A DNA stretch of 64,000 nucleotides. Source: Pseudomonadota bacterium (lineage in GTDB: Bacteria > Desulfobacterota > Anaeroferrophillalia > Anaeroferrophillales > Tharpellaceae). Made by a program: the position numbers and the translations under genes. The stretch spans positions 174-64,173 of the forward strand of contig DSCM01000102.1 of the NCBI GenBank assembly GCA_011049115.1, in the 5' to 3' direction. Shown here piece by piece: positions 29,881 through 40,002 of the stretch. The notes below the pieces were generated by a model that did not search any database, was not told the DNA's origin, and was given only the letters and a program-made list of their open reading frames with translations. The number at the start of each line of letters is the position of its first letter. Position 1 is the stretch's first letter.

Positions 29881-30645
29881 ATGGACCGTAGTTTCAAGGA
29901 AGATTTAAGCGCGCTCAAAGATCATCTCGAACGCCAGCTTCAACTGAGAAATCAGGGCATCATGAAAGATAAAAAAAACACGTTCACACCAGGCCGGAAA
30001 ACGGAAAAACCAAAGGTAAACGAGCTCGGAAAGGATGCAATTGAAAATCAGATCAGCTTGAACAATAAACCGCTACCGCCTTCGAAGCTGGAGGACATTC
30101 ACCGGGAACTTATCGACTGCCGCCGCTGTCGACTCTGTGAAACCCGCAATCATCTGGTTTTCGGGGCCGGCAATCCTCAGGCTGAACTGATGTTTGTCGG
30201 CGAAGCCCCCGGAGCGGATGAAGATCTGCAGGGGGAACCCTTTGTCGGTCGGGCCGGACAACTGCTGTCCAAGATTATCGCGGCTATCGGCAAAACCCGG
30301 GAAGAGGTTTATATTGCCAACATTATTAAATGTCGCCCTCCGGGCAACCGAAACCCAGAAGCCGATGAAATCGCCATCTGTGCTCCTTTTCTCGATCGCC
30401 AGATAGAGGCCATCCGCCCCCGGATCATCTGTTCCCTGGGTAAGTTTTCGGCCCAGACCATGCTCTCCAGCAGTGAGTCAATCAGCCGGCTGCGCGGACA
30501 GGTTTATAACTACAAAAACCTCTGTCGGCTGGTACCGACCTTTCACCCGGCATATCTGCTGCGCAGTCCTGAACGAAAAAAAGAAACCTGGGAAGACATG
30601 CAGCTGATCATGAAACTGCTGGGCAATAATCTTTCGGAAAGCTGA
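29881..30645 (+). CDS. Uracil-DNA glycosylase, family 4
   Basis: [23 protein letters not shown] and the CxxC(x)nC Fe-S Cys pattern. About 80-aa N-terminal extension. Confidence 0.8.
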   Translation: MDRSFKEDLSALKDHLERQLQLRNQGIMKDKKNTFTPGRKTEKPKVNELGKDAIENQISLNNKPLPPSKLEDIHRELIDCRRCRLCETRNHLVFGAGNPQAELMFVGEAPGADEDLQGEPFVGRAGQLLSKIIAAIGKTREEVYIANIIKCRPPGNRNPEADEIAICAPFLDRQIEAIRPRIICSLGKFSAQTMLSSSESISRLRGQVYNYKNLCRLVPTFHPAYLLRSPERKKETWEDMQLIMKLLGNNLSES

Positions 30646-30656
30646 ACCACTCGACC

Positions 30657-31817
30657 ATGCTGCTGCCGATCGGAGACTCCCCCAACCCTGAAAATTATAC
30701 CCCGTGGGCAACCTGGCTGCTGATTGCGGCCAATTTTGCCGTTTATATCTTCATCTCCTATCCCCTGACGCAACAGCCGGCGAATCTGTACGATCCGGCC
30801 CTGCAGGAATATCTTCGTTTTCTGACGCCAAGGTTACCGCATAACCTGCCTCTGACCGCCATGCTGCAGCGCATCTCGGCCTACGAGGTCTTTGTCTTCG
30901 CCAATGGCTATAAAGCCGGAGCTCCGCAGCTTGAAGATCTCTTCTTTTCTTTGTTTCTGCACGGCAGTTTTCTCCATCTGGCCGGCAATATGCTTTTCTT
31001 ATGGATCTACGGCGACAACGTCGAGCATCGTCTCGGTCACCTGCCCTATTTTCTTCTTTACTTGTTTTGCGGAATTGCGGCGACCCTCTTTTTCTCCATC
31101 TTCACCCAGACCTCGATGACCCCCTTGATTGGAGCCTCGGGCGCGATCTCGGGGGTTTTGGGTTTTTACTTTATTTTCTTTCCCCGGAATCAAATCAAGG
31201 TCTTTCTTGCCTTGTTCCCGTTTTTTTTTAATGTTGTCAGACTTCCGGCGAGACTGGTGCTGGGATTTTACCTGCTGGTTGACAACGTGCTTCCGTTTCT
31301 CATGGCGAGCAGCGGAGGCGTTGCCTATGGAGCCCATATCGGTGGTTTTATCAGCGGTCTGGCCGGCGCCCTCATCTGGAACCGGAAATGGAAAATGCAC
31401 GCCTATCAAGACTTTCGAAAATCCCGAGAAAAAACCTTTCCACTTCCCTTTGAACGGCTGCGCGAAGCCCTGGCTCTACAGGATCGGGATTCCGCCATGA
31501 CGGTCCTGCCCCTGCTTGCCCCCAGCGACCTGAACTCGCTCAACGCCCAGGAAACCAGTTTATTGGCTTCCTGGGTACGCCAGGACGGACATCAGCAAAG
31601 CGCCGACCTGCTGCTCCGTAGTTTTGTCAAAACTCATGCCGGAAGTTCTGATCTGGCTCTGATCTTTCTGGATTTGGGGAAAATCCGTTTTGCGGCAGGC
31701 GAGCTGACCGCAGCCGCCTATTATCTGCATGAAGCACTGGAATCAGCCACGGACCCGAAAACCGCGAACACCGCCCACCAACTCCTGGCAGAAATCGAGC
31801 ACCTTCAGAACAGGTAA
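30657..31817 (+). CDS. Rhomboid-family intramembrane serine protease with C-terminal soluble (TPR-like) extension
   Basis: GASGAISGVLG (catalytic Ser) and AHIGGFISG (catalytic His) with six transmembrane helices. Confidence 0.75.
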   Translation: MLLPIGDSPNPENYTPWATWLLIAANFAVYIFISYPLTQQPANLYDPALQEYLRFLTPRLPHNLPLTAMLQRISAYEVFVFANGYKAGAPQLEDLFFSLFLHGSFLHLAGNMLFLWIYGDNVEHRLGHLPYFLLYLFCGIAATLFFSIFTQTSMTPLIGASGAISGVLGFYFIFFPRNQIKVFLALFPFFFNVVRLPARLVLGFYLLVDNVLPFLMASSGGVAYGAHIGGFISGLAGALIWNRKWKMHAYQDFRKSREKTFPLPFERLREALALQDRDSAMTVLPLLAPSDLNSLNAQETSLLASWVRQDGHQQSADLLLRSFVKTHAGSSDLALIFLDLGKIRFAAGELTAAAYYLHEALESATDPKTANTAHQLLAEIEHLQNR

Positions 31818-32638
31818 AACAGGGCCTGGGCAAAGGCCCAGGCCAGAATCAGCAACGAGATAATCACCACGACGGCGCAAGTTTGCCGAATGAACATCCC
31901 TGCCTGGCGTCGTTCCTGATAACCCAGCAAAGCCGCCAAGCCAATTCCGGCCAACAGCCCGCCGCCATGCCCCCAGTTATTGATCGCCGGCAGAAAAAGA
32001 CCGATCAGAACCAAGCCGACAATCCAGCCGCGAACCTGCAGCACGACCAGCCGTCCAAACTCCCCGCCTCGACTTAGGCCGTAAAAAAGCAGGGCTCCGA
32101 TCAAACCGCAGAGAGAAGCTGAGGCCCCGATAGTCAGCATTACCCCGGCGAGACATGAAAGATAGAAACCGATGACGCCGCTGAGCAGGTAGATCAGCAA
32201 AAACCGATATAAACCGAAAATTTCAGCCGCCATTCTTCCCAACTGGTTGAGGGCAACCATATTAAACAGCAGATGCAGGAGGCTGCCATGCAGGAATGAC
32301 GCCGAAATCAAGCTCCACCAGCGGTGCAGATGAAAAAGCGGCATCGAACCGCTGGCGCCAACCAGCAGCAATGACTGGCTGCCGGGGGCCAGGAAACGCA
32401 GAGGATTATGCAATCCGTCAAACTGGAGGGGGGCCATCATCAGGGTCAGAAAATAGAACGCGACGTTGATAATGATCAACGGACGCACAATCTCGGCGGG
32501 AGTTGCACTCCAGCGTTGAAAGATATCGGGCAGATGCCGACCGGGATGTTTGAGACCACAAAAGGGACAAAAAAGCTCGTCGCGGTTGATGAGTTTACGG
32601 CAACCAGGACAAAGAATTGACTTCCGTTTTTTCTGCAA
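31805..32638 (-). CDS. Rhomboid-family intramembrane serine protease with N-terminal zinc-ribbon
   Basis: CPGCRKL...CPFCG zinc ribbon, VGASGSM and GHGGGLLAG motifs. The 3' end overlaps the convergent rhomboid gene by 13 nt. Confidence 0.75.
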   Translation of the reverse strand: MQKKRKSILCPGCRKLINRDELFCPFCGLKHPGRHLPDIFQRWSATPAEIVRPLIIINVAFYFLTLMMAPLQFDGLHNPLRFLAPGSQSLLLVGASGSMPLFHLHRWWSLISASFLHGSLLHLLFNMVALNQLGRMAAEIFGLYRFLLIYLLSGVIGFYLSCLAGVMLTIGASASLCGLIGALLFYGLSRGGEFGRLVVLQVRGWIVGLVLIGLFLPAINNWGHGGGLLAGIGLAALLGYQERRQAGMFIRQTCAVVVIISLLILAWAFAQALFYLF

Positions 32639-32952
32639 AACTCATAATCCTTAAAATAGTTGGTGATGATATCGCTTGAAAAGTTTACCTTTTTCGATTT
32701 AAAAACCAGAAAAGAATCCGGTAAAATACTTATTTGCGGTCATCGGGAAGACCGCCCGCTGCGGAGCAAAAGAACGCCTTGAGGTTACGGGCTTCTGTCC
32801 GCATCAGTGTCTTACAGGTTATTGTCTTATTTTTTTCAACATTTTTTACGACAACAAAAACAAGAAGATGTTCTGATAAGAGCACTGACCAAAAGAAATA
32901 CCTTTAGGTATGGGCTGTGAAGGCCGTTTTGGGTTGCGGAATCGCTCCCGCA

Positions 32953-34020
32953 TTATTTTTTACCATAATTCTGATGATAAATCTCAACCATACTCAAAAA
33001 AGCAATGGTTATCAACGGTCCGAAAATAATTCCGAGAACACCGAAAGTGGCAAGCCCGCCAAAAATGGCGATAAAAATCAATAAAACATGAATTTTGACT
33101 CGGTCACCCACCATTTTAGGTTTGAACAGATACTCGACAAACAGTGAAAGAGAACCGAAAGAGAGCAGAAAAGCGATGCCCCGGCCGATTTCACCGGTCA
33201 GCAACAGATAAGTTCCGATCGGAATAAAAACCACTGAAATGCCGATAAACGGAATAAAGGCAACAATCGCCATGACCGTGCCCCAGAGAATCGGCGATTT
33301 GATCTCAAAAAAAGCCAGTCCGAAGCCCCCGACAATCCCTTGAATAATCGCTGCCACACCATTGCCAACTACCATGGCCACCGTCATGTCATTAAATTTC
33401 TGTAACAAAATCTCCTCCTGTTTATGGGGCAGAGGAGAGAGAGCCAACAGATAGGCCTTCACCCGGGGGGCTTCGAGCAGAAGAAAATAAACAAAAATGA
33501 TAAGGAAAATAAAATGCATTGAAAAATTCATCACCTGTCCGGCCATACTTCGAGTCCAATTATAAGCCCGCAAGCCGATATCCTTGCTCAACCGAATGAT
33601 ATCATTCTGGATGTCGGCAAGATCATAATTGATACCGAGATGATCCAGCAGATCGGTAAAACGGCCGACCTTGCTGGAATGAGCCGCAATCAGCTGGTTA
33701 AGGGTGTCAACCGTTAGTTCGCGGCGTAGATAGTTATAAAATTCCGCGACTTCGACGGACAGGGAACTGATCAGAAAAACCAGGGGAACGAAAATTCCCA
33801 TAAAAATTGCCAAGCAGATCAGACCTGAAGCCAGCCAGTTGCGGCCACCGCAAGGTCTAATCAGCTTCTGATAAGCCGGATAACACAAACCAACCATGAT
33901 CAGCGCCAGGATCAGTGTCGAGAAAAAAGGTTTGATCATCCACAGAAAAAGACCGACGGTTAATAAAAATGTCATAAAGAAAACAATCATTCTATAAACC
34001 GGAATTTTTTCTTTAATCAT
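32953..34020 (-). CDS. AI-2E family transporter (PerM/YdiK-like)
   Basis: Eight transmembrane segments and family-typical length and layout. Confidence 0.75.
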   Translation of the reverse strand: MIKEKIPVYRMIVFFMTFLLTVGLFLWMIKPFFSTLILALIMVGLCYPAYQKLIRPCGGRNWLASGLICLAIFMGIFVPLVFLISSLSVEVAEFYNYLRRELTVDTLNQLIAAHSSKVGRFTDLLDHLGINYDLADIQNDIIRLSKDIGLRAYNWTRSMAGQVMNFSMHFIFLIIFVYFLLLEAPRVKAYLLALSPLPHKQEEILLQKFNDMTVAMVVGNGVAAIIQGIVGGFGLAFFEIKSPILWGTVMAIVAFIPFIGISVVFIPIGTYLLLTGEIGRGIAFLLSFGSLSLFVEYLFKPKMVGDRVKIHVLLIFIAIFGGLATFGVLGIIFGPLITIAFLSMVEIYHQNYGKK

Positions 34021-34262
34021 TTCCCGATAACTCCTGGTAGTTAAACAACTGCGAAGAGCGCTTAAACCCCAGCCGGCGCCACGACTGAAAAACGCCGCAG
34101 AGATAGCACAATCAAAGGTTAAAAACCAGCTTTTGCTTGCCCGAATGTTCAGGAAAAATTTCTTGACTTAAGAAATGGAATGGTTTAGAGGAGACCATCC
34201 TGCCTTTCAGGTCTGATCTCGAAGAAGTATTTACACAATTTTAAGGATAGTCTAGTCTGATC

Positions 34263-34337
34263 ATGGTGCGCCCGGTTTCTCTGTCTTGCTTTTTTTGGTT
34301 TTATTTTAGCAATGATAAGGAGAGGTTTGCCCGGTAG
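34263..34337 (+). CDS. Aromatic-amino-acid attenuator leader peptide (MVRPVSLSCFFWFYFSNDKERFAR)
   Basis: A 24-codon ORF with the run F-F-W-F-Y-F (4 Phe, 1 Trp, 1 Tyr in six consecutive codons). It sits about 150 nt upstream of aroG-pheA and is followed by two intrinsic terminators. AAGGA lies 15 nt upstream. Confidence 0.5.
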   Translation: MVRPVSLSCFFWFYFSNDKERFAR

Positions 34338-34364
34338 AATTACGATTCACAGAAAATCGATACA

Positions 34365-34398
34365 AGCCGCAGGCAAACCCGCTGCGGCTTTTCTTTTA
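34365..34398 (+). terminator. Attenuator terminator 1 (8-bp GC-rich stem agccgcag/ctgcggct, 9-nt loop, then TTTCTTTT)
   Basis: Perfect stem plus a U-tract in a 5' leader with no upstream plus-strand gene. An alternative pairing of ggtttgcc (34325-34332) with ggcaaacc (34372-34379) could act as the antiterminator. Confidence 0.5.
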
Positions 34399-34433
34399 AG
34401 GGCCGTGGGAAATACTCTCCGGCCCTTTTTATT
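34399..34433 (+). terminator. Attenuator terminator 2 (agggccg/cggccct stem, then TTTTATT)
   Basis: Second hairpin plus U-tract, immediately after the first. Confidence 0.4.
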
Positions 34434-34483
34434 GGTTGATAGAAAATAAGAACTCAGCATTCAACGATTTAGGAGTCACAGCC

Positions 34484-35575
34484 ATGCTTAGTAACCAGAC
34501 CGATGATGTAAATATCCGTAGTTTCGAACCCCTGACCGATCCTAACAGCTTTAAACAGGAGCTACCGATGAGTTCCGCCAGTCGCGAGGTCGTCACCATT
34601 GGCCGTCAGAGAATTGCCGATATCCTGGCGCATCGCGACCCGCGCCTGCTGATGATTGTCGGACCGTGTTCAATTCATGATGAAAAGGCAGCCCTTGATT
34701 ACGCCGGACGCCTGGCCGAATTACAGCGTGAAGTAATTGACAGCATGCTTCTCGTCATGCGTGTCTATTTTGACAAACCGCGCACCACCATCGGCTGGAA
34801 AGGCCTGATTAACGACCCTTATATGAACGGCAGCTGCGACATGAATGAAGGCTTGCGCCGGGCGCGGCGCATCCTGCTCAGCATTACTGAAATGGGGCTG
34901 CCCACGGCAACCGAAATGCTTGACCCCATCAGCCCGCAGTATCTGGCCGGGTTGGTCTGCTGGTCGGCAATCGGCGCCCGGACCACGGAATCGCAGACCC
35001 ATAGAGAGATGGCCAGCGGACTCTCAATGCCGGTGGGCTTTAAAAATTGTACGGACGGTAGTCTGAGCAAGGCGATTCATGCTCTGGTCGCGGCCCGAAC
35101 CCCGCAGAGTTTCATCGGGATTGATCCAAACGGCAGAAGCTGTATTGTTTCTGCCGCCGGCAACCCTTGGACTCATATCGTCATGCGCGGCGGCCTGCGG
35201 CCCAATTATGACTCGGTAAGCATCGAGGAGGCTTGCCAGCAGCTGCGCCAGGCGGGCCTGGAAGAAACCATTATCGTCGATTGTTCGCACGGCAACTCCC
35301 GCAAAAAACCCGAGGTCCAGCAAACCGTTTTGCAAAATGTTCTGGGTCAGCGCCTCGAAGGCAATCAGGCCCTGGTAGGGATGATGCTGGAAAGCAATCT
35401 GTTTGCCGGCTGTCAACCCTGCCGGGAAGATTCAAATGAGCTGGAGTACGGGGTTTCGGTTACCGATGCCTGCATCTCCTGGGAAATGACGGCAGAACTT
35501 TTACGCTGGGCTCATCAGAGAATAACCCAGGCCGCAAAGGCCGCCTATATCAAATTCTCATCAATTGAGGAATAA
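34484..35575 (+). CDS. aroG: 3-deoxy-7-phosphoheptulonate (DAHP) synthase, class I (AroG/F/H type)
   Basis: Full-length class Ialpha DAHP synthase motifs (LLMIVGPCSIHD, KPRTT, GARTTESQ). Start at ATG 34484 (RBS AGGAGT), not at the ORF-track 34436. Confidence 0.85.
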   Translation: MLSNQTDDVNIRSFEPLTDPNSFKQELPMSSASREVVTIGRQRIADILAHRDPRLLMIVGPCSIHDEKAALDYAGRLAELQREVIDSMLLVMRVYFDKPRTTIGWKGLINDPYMNGSCDMNEGLRRARRILLSITEMGLPTATEMLDPISPQYLAGLVCWSAIGARTTESQTHREMASGLSMPVGFKNCTDGSLSKAIHALVAARTPQSFIGIDPNGRSCIVSAAGNPWTHIVMRGGLRPNYDSVSIEEACQQLRQAGLEETIIVDCSHGNSRKKPEVQQTVLQNVLGQRLEGNQALVGMMLESNLFAGCQPCREDSNELEYGVSVTDACISWEMTAELLRWAHQRITQAAKAAYIKFSSIEE

Positions 35576-35577
35576 GC

Positions 35578-36657
35578 ATGGAACTTGATTCATTGCGACA
35601 GGAAATCGATACTTTAGACCAGGAGATTCTCAGACTTATCAATCGCCGCCTGGAACTGGCCCGAAGAATCGGTAAACAGAAACAAAAAGAGGGTCTGACG
35701 ACCCTCAATAATGCCCGTGAAAGCCAGGTACTGCAAAACCTTGACCGGCTCAACCAGGGTCCACTGACTCAAAATGGCCTGCATTTGATTTTCAAGGAGA
35801 TCATGGCCGCCGCACGCGAGCTGCAAAACCCTCACCGGATCGCCTTTCTCGGCCCGGAGGCCTCATATACTCATCTTGCGGCCCTGGGGCACTTTGGCGG
35901 GGGCACAAGCACGATTTCACAAAACAATGTCGCCGAGGTTTTTCAAGCGGTGGAAAAAGGCAGCTGCCATTACGGGATGGTGCCGGTTGAAAATTCCATT
36001 GAGGGGGCGGTTAACCATACGCTGGATCTTTTTTTCAGTTCCGACCTGAAAATCTGCGCCGAACATTACCAGACTATCGCTCACGACCTGCTCGCAAAAA
36101 CAAACCTGCCCCTGGAAAAAATCGGCACGGTTTATTCGCATGCCCAGGCTTTCGCCCAATGCCGGCAGTGGCTTCGCCGCCATCTACCCGGAGCGGTCCT
36201 GATCGAATGCAGCAGCACAGCCGAAGCGGCCCGGCGCGCTGCCGCCGCAGGCGGTAGTAGCGCCGCGATTGCCGGAGCCGCCGCCGCAGGGCTTTACAAT
36301 CTCCAGGTTGTCGCCGCCCAAATTGAGGATCTCTCCGGCAACACCACCCGTTTTCTGGTTCTCGGCCAGAAAGACAGCCCACCTTCGGGACACGATAAGA
36401 CCTCTATTCTTTTTGTGACTCCTCACCTGCCCGGAGCCTTGTACCAAGTCCTGACCCCGATGGCGGAATATGGAGTCAATATGGTAAAACTAGAATCACG
36501 CCCCACCCGCAATGAAAAATGGAGTTATTTTTTTATTGCCGATTTCGAGGGGCACCGCCGGGACGAAAAAATTGCGGCAATGCTTGAGAGCACCAGGGGA
36601 ATTTGTCTCTTTATGAAAATCCTGGGTTCATATCCACGTTTTCCCGGACTTATTTAG
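35578..36657 (+). CDS. pheA: Bifunctional chorismate mutase / prephenate dehydratase
   Basis: N-terminal chorismate mutase helix (LDSLRQEIDTLDQEILRLINRRLELARRIG), prephenate dehydratase domain and C-terminal ACT domain. Confidence 0.9.
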   Translation: MELDSLRQEIDTLDQEILRLINRRLELARRIGKQKQKEGLTTLNNARESQVLQNLDRLNQGPLTQNGLHLIFKEIMAAARELQNPHRIAFLGPEASYTHLAALGHFGGGTSTISQNNVAEVFQAVEKGSCHYGMVPVENSIEGAVNHTLDLFFSSDLKICAEHYQTIAHDLLAKTNLPLEKIGTVYSHAQAFAQCRQWLRRHLPGAVLIECSSTAEAARRAAAAGGSSAAIAGAAAAGLYNLQVVAAQIEDLSGNTTRFLVLGQKDSPPSGHDKTSILFVTPHLPGALYQVLTPMAEYGVNMVKLESRPTRNEKWSYFFIADFEGHRRDEKIAAMLESTRGICLFMKILGSYPRFPGLI

Positions 36658-36670
36658 AGGGCAGCTTATT

Positions 36671-39325
36671 TTATTCAACCTCCAGAAGCTTGCGCAAATG
36701 CTGTAAAGCCTGTTCAAGACGGGCCCCATCCGGGCCTCCGGCCTGAGCCAGCTCAGGCTTTCCCCCTCCCTGCCCCCCCACTTGGGCCGCCAGTTCGCGC
36801 ACCAGGGTGCCGGCCGGATATCTCTTCTGCCAGGTCGCGCCGACATGTACAATCAGAAGGGCTTTGCCGGCATGGGTCGCGCCCAGCGCGGTGATCCCCG
36901 CGCTGTTTTTCTGTTTGTAAATATCCATAATGCGACGCATGTCCTTGGGATCTTCGCACTCAACCCGTCTGATCAGAACCGGAATTTTGTTAATTTCCTC
37001 AAGCCCGCCTTCTCCTTCGCAAACGCCTTCTCCGACATTGGCATTAACCAGCTTTTCTTTCAGACTGCTGATTTCCCGGGCCTGTTCCTTGTTCTGCTCC
37101 TGCAACCTCTCCACCCTGGCGACCAGTTCGTCGGGAATCCCTTTCAGCAAGGCCGCGGCTTTACGTATGATTTTTTCCCGCTGATTGATATAATTCCAGG
37201 CCGCGAGGCCGGCCAGAGCTTCAATCCGGCGCACCCCGGCCGCGATGCCGGTTTCGCTAACAATCTTGAAAAATCCGATATCGCCGGTCGCCTCGACATG
37301 GGTCCCCCCGCACAACTCAATACTGTTTTCACCGACACTGACCATGCGAACGCGCTCACCGTATTTTTCCCCAAAAATAGCCATGGCCCCTTTTTTGACC
37401 GCCTCATCCATGCTGGTATTTTCGGTATGGACCGGCAGATTAGCCATTATTTCACGGTTAACCCGCCTCTCGATTTCTTCAAGTTCTGCATCACTTAAAG
37501 GCGAGAAGTGGCTGAAATCAAATCGTAAACGACTTGGTCCAACCATTGATCCAGCCTGTTTCACATGCTCTCCCAGAACCTTTTGCAGCTGAAACTGAAG
37601 AAGATGAGTCGCGGAATGATGGCGGGCCGTCGCCAGGCGTTCTTCGCGGGCCACGACCAAATAACAAGAATCAAGCAGGCGCAGTTCTCCTTCCAGAATC
37701 AGAGCCCGATGCAGAATCAACCCGTCAAGGGGCTTGATTGTGCTCTTGACTGTAAATGCCGCCCCATCTTTCTCTCCCCGGCCCTCATCGCCGACCTGGC
37801 CGCCGGATTCGCCGTAAAACGGAGTGCGATCGAAAAGCAATTCAACCTCCTGCCCTTTCTCCGCCCGGGAAACCCGTTCTCCGTCATGCAAGATTGCGAT
37901 AACATTACCGGTAGCGGCAAATTTCTCATAGCCGACAAATTCACTGCGCAAACCTTCACTGAGCATATTCTTGTAGATTTCCCCAATCGCTTCCTCGCCC
38001 GAACCTTTCCAGGCCTTACGGGAAAGTTCCTGCTGTCGCTGCATCTGCTCGGAAAAACCCGCGTGATCAACGCCGAAACCGTCCTTGGCAATAATATCGG
38101 AAGTCAGATCGACGGGAAAACCGAAGGTGTCGTAGAGCTTAAAGGTAATTTCTCCGGAAAGTGTTTTCTGGCCTCCGGCCTTCAGTTTAGCCAGTTCCTC
38201 ATCCAAGACCTTCAACCCGCGATCCAGGGTCTCGCCGAAACGCTCCTCCTCGCTTTTGATAACCCGACTGACAAAAGGCAGTAACTGTTTCAGCTCGGGA
38301 TAGGCCGTCGCCATATTTTCTGCGACCGCCTGCGCCAAACGAAAGAGAAAAGGTTCGTTCAGACCAAGCATTTTCCCATGGCGCGCGGCCCGGCGCATAA
38401 TGCGCCGCAGCACATAACCACGGCCTTCATTGGCCGGAAGAATGCCGTCCGCGATCAGGAAGGTCACGGCCCGGCTGTGGTCGGCCAGAACCCGCAAGGA
38501 AACATCGCTTTCCTCGCTTTCGCCGTAGACCTTGCCGCTGAGCGCTTCCGCGGCGGAGATTATGTTTCGTAAAAGATCGGTATCGTAGTTACTCTGAACC
38601 CCCTGGACTACGGCGGCGAGTCGCTCCAGGCCCATTCCGGTGTCGATACTGGGATGGGGCAGAGGTTTCATCTCGCCCGTGTCATCCCGGTTAAACTGCA
38701 TAAAAACCAGGTTCCAGATTTCCAGATAACGATCGCAATCGCAGCTGCCGATACCACAATTCGGGCCACAGCTCATATTTTCGCCCTGATCGTACAGAAT
38801 CTCGGAACATGGCCCGCATGGTCCCGTATCACCCATGGCCCAGAAATTATCCTTTTCGCCCAATCTGACAATACGGCCTTCCGGAACGCCGACCACATCC
38901 CGCCAAAGTCCATAAGCTTCATCATCATCCAGATAAACCGTCGCCCACAACCTATCCTTAGCCAGCCCCATGGTTCCCGTGAGAAAATCCCAGGCATAGG
39001 CAATTGCTTCCTTTTTGAAATAGTCGCCAAAGGAGAAATTCCCCAACATTTCAAAAAAAGTATGATGTCGGGCCGTACGCCCGACATTTTCCAGATCATT
39101 ATGTTTACCTCCGGCTCGCACGCATTTCTGCGAGGTCGTCGCTCTCTTGTAGGGTCTTTCTTCCAATCCGAGAAAGGTATCCTTAAACTGGTTCATGCCG
39201 GCATTGGTAAACAGCAGGGTCGGATCGTTGGTCGGCACCAAACTTGAGCTGGCCACTTCTGTATGTTCATGGCCGCGAAAATATTCCAGAAACCTCCGGC
39301 GAATCTCATTTCCGGTCATCAGCAT
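36671..39325 (-). CDS. alaS: Alanine--tRNA ligase
   Basis: 884 aa with class II motifs and the HxxxH editing motif. Unmistakable. Confidence 0.95.
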   Translation of the reverse strand: MLMTGNEIRRRFLEYFRGHEHTEVASSSLVPTNDPTLLFTNAGMNQFKDTFLGLEERPYKRATTSQKCVRAGGKHNDLENVGRTARHHTFFEMLGNFSFGDYFKKEAIAYAWDFLTGTMGLAKDRLWATVYLDDDEAYGLWRDVVGVPEGRIVRLGEKDNFWAMGDTGPCGPCSEILYDQGENMSCGPNCGIGSCDCDRYLEIWNLVFMQFNRDDTGEMKPLPHPSIDTGMGLERLAAVVQGVQSNYDTDLLRNIISAAEALSGKVYGESEESDVSLRVLADHSRAVTFLIADGILPANEGRGYVLRRIMRRAARHGKMLGLNEPFLFRLAQAVAENMATAYPELKQLLPFVSRVIKSEEERFGETLDRGLKVLDEELAKLKAGGQKTLSGEITFKLYDTFGFPVDLTSDIIAKDGFGVDHAGFSEQMQRQQELSRKAWKGSGEEAIGEIYKNMLSEGLRSEFVGYEKFAATGNVIAILHDGERVSRAEKGQEVELLFDRTPFYGESGGQVGDEGRGEKDGAAFTVKSTIKPLDGLILHRALILEGELRLLDSCYLVVAREERLATARHHSATHLLQFQLQKVLGEHVKQAGSMVGPSRLRFDFSHFSPLSDAELEEIERRVNREIMANLPVHTENTSMDEAVKKGAMAIFGEKYGERVRMVSVGENSIELCGGTHVEATGDIGFFKIVSETGIAAGVRRIEALAGLAAWNYINQREKIIRKAAALLKGIPDELVARVERLQEQNKEQAREISSLKEKLVNANVGEGVCEGEGGLEEINKIPVLIRRVECEDPKDMRRIMDIYKQKNSAGITALGATHAGKALLIVHVGATWQKRYPAGTLVRELAAQVGGQGGGKPELAQAGGPDGARLEQALQHLRKLLEVE

Positions 39326-39537
39326 AAATCTCCTTAGGAATCAATAAACTTTTATCATGAAAAACATTAATAAAAAGTAACTATCAAGACACCCGATATT
39401 CCGGGTACACGACCCCGATTTTTCCGGGAATCAGGACCTGGACGTCCTGATCTTCGCGGTTTAATCCAAGAAGATAATCTCAACGGGCTGAATAGCTACC
39501 AATGAAGACAAAGTCGGCGAACTATTTGATGAAGTCA

Positions 39538-40002
39538 TTAAAAATCATTCTCAGGCTCGCATTCCAGGGCGCGAGCGATTTCAGCGCCGCGAAAACCACG
39601 GCGCAAAAGCCAAGCAAAAAGGCGTTTACGATCACTTTCATACGGTCGACGGCGTTCAACCAGGTGCTTTATCAGGTGGGTTAAAGCGGACTCACCCAGC
39701 TCCGCGAAATAGCCCCGAACCACGTTTTCAGTTAATTCAGGGGGCAGTTTTTTCTGCCGCAGACGCTGGACGACAACGTGATAACCATAACCCCGACGCT
39801 GACAAAGCTCGTCCGTCAGGGCCCGGGCAAAACTTTCGTCGTCAAGGATGCGCGACTCCTGCAATCGCTTGATCGCGGACTCTGTTTCAGCTGCGGAAAA
39901 GCCTCTGACCTGCAACTTTTCAATCAATTCACCGGTGCTATGGGCTCGGCGGGCAAGCAGTTCCTGGGCCTTCCACCAAGCTGAAACCGGGGCCCGACTC
40001 AT
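39538..40002 (-). CDS. recX: RecA regulator RecX
   Basis: 154-aa helical-repeat protein (RRGYGYHVVVQRLRQKKLP...) in the rec locus. Confidence 0.8.
   Translation of the reverse strand: MSRAPVSAWWKAQELLARRAHSTGELIEKLQVRGFSAAETESAIKRLQESRILDDESFARALTDELCQRRGYGYHVVVQRLRQKKLPPELTENVVRGYFAELGESALTHLIKHLVERRRPYESDRKRLFAWLLRRGFRGAEIARALECEPENDF

Noticed and set aside
36671-39325. Numerous ORFs of 60-240 aa on the opposite strand or in alternative frames inside alaS, the P-type ATPase, the kinases and the yej genes
   Set aside because: They are embedded in long, strongly supported CDSs, reflect GC-rich codon bias, and their translations lack motifs.
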